Shown here: positions 15,388-20,000 of the stretch, one piece after another
How positions within the stretch are numbered: position 1 is the stretch's first letter
How the letters are laid out: each line of letters begins with the position of its first letter
From: an uncultured virus (IMG/VR IMGVR_UViG_3300032295_003161)
Taxonomy: Duplodnaviria > Heunggongvirae > Uroviricota > Caudoviricetes
Strand: one strand, 5' to 3'
DNA length: 20,000 bases
Virus record (IMG/VR): IMGVR_UViG_3300032295_003161
Translations under genes and position numbers: made by a program
Notes under the pieces: generated by a model
Database searches by the model: none
What the model saw: only the letters and a program-made list of their open reading frames with translations
What the model was told of the DNA's origin: nothing

Positions 15388-15620
15388 TTTTTAGGTAATT
15401 TAAAGTGTGCATTAATATTAAATAATACTCTATTTTTTGTTTCTTGGTAACTTTTATTGTTTCGTATTTCTTGATGACTGTAAACTACTTCAACTTGTTT
15501 TTCTAAAAGACTTTTTAAAAGCTCTCTATTAGGGTTTAATTTTCTACCATCATCCATTGCTTCTAATAACAACTCGGAGCATACCGCTATTGTTTTTAAT
15601 CTCAATTCGTGTGTTATCAT
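15384..15620 (-). CDS. Hypothetical protein
   Basis: ATGA-coupled at both ends. Confidence 0.7.
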   Translation of the reverse strand: MITHELRLKTIAVCSELLLEAMDDGRKLNPNRELLKSLLEKQVEVVYSHQEIRNNKSYQETKNRVLFNINAHFKLPKK

Positions 15621-15787
15621 TTTACTTTATTTTTCAATTTTAAAATGTCTTTAATACTTGTTTGTCCTTTTTTCTTGTCAACAACCTCAATTACTGAAAT
15701 TACTTTTTCAAGCAAATCTTTATGAAGTTCTATGCTCAACAATTTTAAACCATAATTAACATACTGAATTTTTTCTTCTGGTGTCAT
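15617..15787 (-). CDS. 56-aa hypothetical protein (not in track)
   Basis: MTPEEKIQYVNYGLKLLSIELHKDLLEKVISVIEVVDKKKGQTSIKDILKLKNKVK*; fills the gap with an ATGA overlap. Confidence 0.7.
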   Translation of the reverse strand: MTPEEKIQYVNYGLKLLSIELHKDLLEKVISVIEVVDKKKGQTSIKDILKLKNKVK

Positions 15788-15788
15788 A

Positions 15789-15971
15789 CTAATTAATTTC
15801 TTGAATAAATCTTATTTTTGAACTTGGATTATTTCTTCTAAATCGCATATAAGCATCGTCAAAATCTCCTGCTTCAATTTCTTTTTCTACATCTTCCCAT
15901 TGGTCGTTTCTATACTTCCAATAACCGACAAGCCACTTTCTCATTTTAGTTTGTTTATTTGCTTGTTCCAC
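15789..15971 (-). CDS. Hypothetical protein
   Basis: Small ORF in operon register; the start may be MRKW. Confidence 0.65.
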   Translation of the reverse strand: MEQANKQTKMRKWLVGYWKYRNDQWEDVEKEIEAGDFDDAYMRFRRNNPSSKIRFIQEIN

Positions 15972-16213
15972 AATCTTTTTTCATCTAAATACACTTCCAT
16001 TAACGAATGAATATTAACTGGATTTTTTCTGCTTACTCCTATTCTGCTTTCGCCATAATAGTTGCCATCTTCGTCTTGCTGAACTTGGTACTCTTTCCAT
16101 AAAGCAAAGTCTTTTGCAAAGTCTTTTGCAACTTCTACCAATTCTTTTACTTTAGTCTTTTCTGAAGCATTGGCATTTACCCATGCTTGAATTTTATCTT
16201 CTATATTACTCAT
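15941..16213 (-). CDS. Hypothetical protein
   Basis: 90 aa, coupled overlaps. Confidence 0.7.
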   Translation of the reverse strand: MSNIEDKIQAWVNANASEKTKVKELVEVAKDFAKDFALWKEYQVQQDEDGNYYGESRIGVSRKNPVNIHSLMEVYLDEKRLWNKQINKLK

Positions 16214-16644
16214 TGTTTTAAAATTAAATCATCATAAGCTTTTTGTGTAAAATCATAAAATTTTTTTGTAAAATCATAATCATAATCTAACTTACCATTA
16301 TTTATTAAATCAATATAAATATTTGCAAGTGTAAAAAGTTTATTTGATTTATATTCTTCTAAATTATAACCAATTCGTATATAAATTTCTTCTTGAAAAG
16401 TACCTTTTAAAAAAATAGAATATTTTATATATAATTTCCCAAAAAGCAAATCATAATCCATAGAGAAATTAATTTCTAAATTTTCTTTTTTATCATTTTT
16501 TATGCAATAAAGTAATACTAAAAAATGGCTCATTTGAATACTTTGCTTTGTATAAAAAATATTATGTTTTTTTAAGTATTTTTTGGCTTCACAATTATCT
16601 TCTAATTTTTTAATTGATTCTGCAAATTCTTTAAAATCATCCAT
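16210..16644 (-). CDS. Hypothetical protein
   Basis: 144 aa, very AT-rich. Confidence 0.7.
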   Translation of the reverse strand: MDDFKEFAESIKKLEDNCEAKKYLKKHNIFYTKQSIQMSHFLVLLYCIKNDKKENLEINFSMDYDLLFGKLYIKYSIFLKGTFQEEIYIRIGYNLEEYKSNKLFTLANIYIDLINNGKLDYDYDFTKKFYDFTQKAYDDLILKQ

Positions 16645-16653
16645 AGTTTTATT

Positions 16654-17397
16654 TTATTTTTTTATAAAATTCAAATAGTCATTAATTTTACGTTTTGTTT
16701 CTTCAGAAAATGTTTTTTGTTGCAATACCCAATCCACATATTTCATATCGGTTTCTATTGGCTTATTAGCATATTTTCCAAAATTCCAATAAACCACACC
16801 TTGTTCATCTGTAAACATCTTATTAGATAAATCATATCTTTTTTTCAATCGATAAAAGTTTTCCATTTCTTCTGGCGTAACTTCATCTTTGCCTTCGTAT
16901 TGGTGGAATAAAATCTCAACTGTTGCATCTACATCTGCTATGGCGGAATGGGCATCTTCTAAAGTCTTTCCAGTATATCTTTTGTAAACATCAGAAAGCT
17001 TACTTGGGCGTAATAGTTTTTCAATTCGATAAACATCTACTGTATTCATTTCCCAATCCCCAAATACAATTCCACATCTTGAGAACTCCTCAACCAAAAT
17101 AGGTATGTCGTAGTTATCTGAATTAAAACCTCCAATATCGCAACCATAAAAGAAAGCATATAAGGATTTTGATAACTCAATGAATCTTGGTTTACCTTGT
17201 ACCTTATCATCTGTAATGCTATGCACATCACTTGCTTCTTTTGGTATTGGTATTGTTGGATTGATTAAAGAATGTTTTTCTGTTCGAGTTCCATCAATAT
17301 CAATTTTTACACAAGCTATTTCTACTACTCTTGCTGTTGAAACATCTAAACCAGTTGTTTCCAAATCAAAAAATATAATAGGTCTTTTAAGTATCAT
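16654..17397 (-). CDS. DEDDh 3'-5' exonuclease (DNA Pol III epsilon/ExoX-like)
   Basis: FFDLETTG (ExoI), GFNSDNYDIP (ExoII), AHSAIAD (ExoIII); C-terminal NFGKY domain. Confidence 0.93.
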   Translation of the reverse strand: MILKRPIIFFDLETTGLDVSTARVVEIACVKIDIDGTRTEKHSLINPTIPIPKEASDVHSITDDKVQGKPRFIELSKSLYAFFYGCDIGGFNSDNYDIPILVEEFSRCGIVFGDWEMNTVDVYRIEKLLRPSKLSDVYKRYTGKTLEDAHSAIADVDATVEILFHQYEGKDEVTPEEMENFYRLKKRYDLSNKMFTDEQGVVYWNFGKYANKPIETDMKYVDWVLQQKTFSEETKRKINDYLNFIKK

Positions 17398-17398
17398 A

Positions 17399-17797
17399 CT
17401 ATTTAATCTTTTTCATTTTTAATTCATAAGGAAAGCGAGATAAAACTACTGGTAATTGTGGAGTATATCTACCATCTTCTGTAAATTCTATTTCATCTCC
17501 GCTACTTTTAAAAATAACATATATTGTAATAAAAGAACTGTATTTAATTGTTTCTTCAACTATTCCTTCAATATTACCCCAATAAACAACATCGCCTACT
17601 TTAAACTTTTTGTTTTTTTTCTTTTTTTCTTTTTTACCGCAATCTGGATTATTCATACAATCTTCAATTGCTTTTGCAATTTCGTAATCTGACATTACTT
17701 GTGGCTTTTCTTTTGCTTTTTCTGTTTTTACAACATCAGTTAATTCTTCTAATTGTGTTGATAATAAGTTTTTAAATTCGTTTGTGAAAATTTCCAT
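17399..17797 (-). CDS. Hypothetical protein with a C-terminal KFKVGD.V (SH3-like) domain
   Basis: KFKVGDVVYW...FTEDGRY. Confidence 0.7.
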   Translation of the reverse strand: MEIFTNEFKNLLSTQLEELTDVVKTEKAKEKPQVMSDYEIAKAIEDCMNNPDCGKKEKKKKNKKFKVGDVVYWGNIEGIVEETIKYSSFITIYVIFKSSGDEIEFTEDGRYTPQLPVVLSRFPYELKMKKIK

Positions 17798-17799
17798 TT

Positions 17800-18114
17800 T
17801 TATTTGTTTTTAGTGTTTAAAAAATATAGTTCGTGATTAATTCCTTCTCTCTTTTGAATTTGGTTTTTTTCTTGTAAATATTCCAAAGCTTGTTCTATTT
17901 CTTCAAAAGAAAAAAGACTTCTCAATTGTATGATAGAAAGTCCATTATCTCCATTAGTTATTTTGTGGTTTTCTCTAACTTTTTTGAGAAGGTTTTTTTT
18001 GAGAAAATAAGAAGTTAGTTCTTGGTCTGGAACATAGTTTAATAGTTTTGTATAAAAAGCGTTTTCTTCTACTGAAATTACTTCTCCATCTGCTGTTATA
18101 AATTCTTGTATCAT
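17800..18114 (-). CDS. Hypothetical protein, possible C-terminal winged helix
   Basis: EEIEQALEYLQEKNQIQKREG pattern; weak. Confidence 0.65.
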   Translation of the reverse strand: MIQEFITADGEVISVEENAFYTKLLNYVPDQELTSYFLKKNLLKKVRENHKITNGDNGLSIIQLRSLFSFEEIEQALEYLQEKNQIQKREGINHELYFLNTKNK

Positions 18115-18206
18115 ATTTGAAAAATTATAGAAACTATAACTCTTAATAAAAAATAAAGTGCAACAAGCATTATAATTGCATTATATATTTTTTGTGTTTT
18201 TTTCAT
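18111..18206 (-). CDS. 31-aa single-TM microprotein (not in track)
   Basis: MKKTQKIYNAIIMLVALYFLLRVIVSIIFQI*; TAATG and ATGA coupling on the two sides. Confidence 0.65.
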   Translation of the reverse strand: MKKTQKIYNAIIMLVALYFLLRVIVSIIFQI

Positions 18207-18415
18207 TATGTCAACGCTATTATTTGTCCGTTAATCCATTGACTATAATTTTTTGGATTTCCATATTTTTCTAAATTATCTAAATTCCTTTTATAGTAAT
18301 CTTTATAACCTTCTTGACAATCTATAACAAAATTATCAAAAGACCCTTTTTCCCCACAAGCGATAAATAAACATTTTAAATCTTCGTTATCAATTTTAAA
18401 GATAATTTTTTCCAT
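18206..18415 (-). CDS. Hypothetical protein
   Basis: First gene after repeated promoter copy 3. Confidence 0.7.
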   Translation of the reverse strand: MEKIIFKIDNEDLKCLFIACGEKGSFDNFVIDCQEGYKDYYKRNLDNLEKYGNPKNYSQWINGQIIALT

Positions 18416-18443
18416 TTTTTTTTATATGTTTTAAAGTTCAAGT

Positions 18444-18474
18444 CAAAAGTATAAAATATTATTTTAAATACAAA
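18444..18474 (-). promoter_or_regulatory. Repeated phage promoter copy 3 (TTTG-N19-TACTTTTG)
   Basis: Identical to 6485-6515. Confidence 0.85.
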
Positions 18475-18496
18475 ATATTATTTATAATAATTTATA

Positions 18497-18877
18497 TTAT
18501 TTATAAAACTCTATCAACCAACCTTGTGCAATTATAATTCTTAACATTTCAGATTCGTCAAATAGTTGAATTAAAACTTCATCTCCAGAAGAAACATCTA
18601 CTGCTTTAATTAATTGTGTTTTATCTCCATCAGTTGTTTCAACTTTTTCAACACTACCATAAGGCTTGTATTTAATTGTTTTACCATCTTGGTAATACAA
18701 ACATATATATCCAGTATTCTTTTCATTAAAAACAACCAATAGGTCTGTTTTTTGTAATTCCATAATAACACCATCTTCTTTTGTGTTATATGACTTATAT
18801 GTTTTTGTAAAAGTTTCTTTTTGAGCATAGTTTGTAAACGATACAAACAACAATGCAATTAATAATAGTTTTTTCAT
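18497..18877 (-). CDS. Secreted/periplasmic protein with Sec signal peptide
   Basis: MKKLLLIALLFVSFTNYA|Q: predicted SPI cleavage before Gln, as is typical of Bacteroidota. Confidence 0.8.
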   Translation of the reverse strand: MKKLLLIALLFVSFTNYAQKETFTKTYKSYNTKEDGVIMELQKTDLLVVFNEKNTGYICLYYQDGKTIKYKPYGSVEKVETTDGDKTQLIKAVDVSSGDEVLIQLFDESEMLRIIIAQGWLIEFYK

Positions 18878-18882
18878 TTTAT

Positions 18883-19119
18883 TTATTTTTTAAATTGTTC
18901 TAAAGTTTCTTTTAATAAATCTAATTGTTCAATATTAGTATTCCCAAACTTATATTGCATAAGCATTGTTTGTGTAAAATTTAAAACTTCTTCCTCACTA
19001 TAACCTTTCTGTTGCTTTTCAATTTCTTTGGCTTGTTCAATAATTTCTATTTGATTTAAAGTTGGATTTCTTAATTCAAATAACTGTTCTACTAAAAACT
19101 CTACTGCTGTTTGTTTCAT
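18883..19119 (-). CDS. Hypothetical phage protein (MKQTAVE.L...YSEEEV type)
   Basis: Start placed at ATG 19119, just after the upstream stop; shares YSEE[ED] with its neighbour. Confidence 0.7.
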   Translation of the reverse strand: MKQTAVEFLVEQLFELRNPTLNQIEIIEQAKEIEKQQKGYSEEEVLNFTQTMLMQYKFGNTNIEQLDLLKETLEQFKK

Positions 19120-19120
19120 C

Positions 19121-19663
19121 TTATTTCTTTTTAATTTGTTTAACGAATACATCTAAACAAGATTTACTAAAGTTTTGCTCTTGTAGCATAAATTTTCTAA
19201 AAGCATCTAAATCTTCCTCACTATAACTTCTTTCTTGTTTAGGTTCTTCTTTTGGAATGATTATTTTGTAACCACTATGGTCAACAAAACCTTTATTGTT
19301 ATAATCCCAATTATTAACTATCTTAACCTCCTCACAATTTAGATTCTTAATGAACCATTCTAAAAACTCATCATCAATTGCTTGTACACCATCTTTGATT
19401 AAGTCTTTGTTATCTGTTAGGATTATCTTTTTAACATAACTGAAATTATTTAAGTCTTTATCTTCTTCAGATGCAAATGAAATAAAATTATTTGCAGTAT
19501 TAATAAACCAATCTCCTACTTTGATTTCTTCATCAGAAGTGATATAGATGTTTTGAGTTTCTCCTTTACTTCCAATTGCAATAGTGGATAAAATTAATTT
19601 TCCTTTTTGATTAATTCTTAACCTACTTGGATTTGGTGTTGGTAATACGTGTATGTTTTTCAT
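19121..19663 (-). CDS. Hypothetical phage protein
   Basis: 180 aa; MKNIHVLPT..PSRL...NIYITSDEEIKVGDW...DGVQAIDDEFLEWF. Confidence 0.8.
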   Translation of the reverse strand: MKNIHVLPTPNPSRLRINQKGKLILSTIAIGSKGETQNIYITSDEEIKVGDWFINTANNFISFASEEDKDLNNFSYVKKIILTDNKDLIKDGVQAIDDEFLEWFIKNLNCEEVKIVNNWDYNNKGFVDHSGYKIIIPKEEPKQERSYSEEDLDAFRKFMLQEQNFSKSCLDVFVKQIKKK

Positions 19664-19881
19664 AATTCTTTTTTAAATATTTCTAATAGTTCTTTTGAAG
19701 TTTTGCCGATATATTTTTTATCCATTATTGAACTTTTACTAATGTACCAATTTAAAAACTCAATAGCGTAATCATCTGCTATTTGTTCTAATTCTATTGC
19801 TGTATCTAAATCTATATTTAAAGTTGCAGTTGTGTTTTTTTGACTTATTTTAAGTCTTTTAAACTTTTCTATTAATGTCAT
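19660..19881 (-). CDS. Small paralogue family protein
   Basis: MTLIEKF...ADDYAIEFLNW...KELLEIFKKEL. Confidence 0.8.
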   Translation of the reverse strand: MTLIEKFKRLKISQKNTTATLNIDLDTAIELEQIADDYAIEFLNWYISKSSIMDKKYIGKTSKELLEIFKKEL

Positions 19882-19883
19882 AA

Positions 19884-20000
19884 CTAAAAATTAAAATATT
19901 TTAAAATTAAAACTCCGACTACTGAACCACAACCTGCACCAAAGGCATAAGTTAGTTTTTGATTTAAAGTAGATATAGCAACTCGGCTTACATTAAACGC
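19884..20000 (-). CDS. 3' end of a probable membrane protein (5'-truncated)
   Basis: ...AFNVSRVAISTLNQKLTYAFGAGCGSVVGVLILKYFNF*; open to the window edge, stop 2 nt before the next ATG. Confidence 0.6.
   Translation of the reverse strand, partial: AFNVSRVAISTLNQKLTYAFGAGCGSVVGVLILKYFNF

Noticed and set aside
7601..17692. Plus-strand track ORFs 7601-7819, 9171-9398, 9880-10089, 11596-11790, 17180-17422 and 17456-17692
   Set aside because: Antisense shadows of well-supported minus-strand genes, with no recognisable motifs.
17046..18858. Minus-strand track ORFs 17046-17231 and 18610-18858
   Set aside because: Out-of-frame ORFs nested within the exonuclease and the exported-protein genes.

Overview
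This AT-rich, densely coded window is almost entirely on the minus strand and looks like a tailed dsDNA phage or prophage of a Bacteroidota (Flavobacterium-like) host. The host call rests on TAnnTTTG promoters, A-rich leaders without Shine-Dalgarno sites, a DUF3127-like gene and a Q-rule signal peptide. Reading in the direction of transcription (right to left), it contains: small accessory genes; a DEDDh exonuclease; an XRE HTH regulator and a Phg_2220_C replication-initiator-like gene; a sugar-modification cluster (two GT2, one GT4, one LpxA-like acyltransferase) interrupted by three NUMOD4-HNH endonucleases; a tandem array of three ADP-ribosyltransferase (ART-PolyVal-like) genes; and the 5' part of a long multidomain protein missing from the ORF track. 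There are three main observations. (1) Each HNH gene has its own promoter followed by a ~110-nt two-hairpin leader whose loops are complementary over 8 nt, with a different 8-mer each time. This suggests a covarying kissing-loop RNA. (2) The three ART genes have near-identical N- and C-terminal frames around highly divergent catalytic cores, like a cassette array. (3) A [FY]xxGG motif recurs at domain boundaries in the long protein and near the C-terminus of each ART. All family assignments come from motif recognition by eye; no database searches were run.
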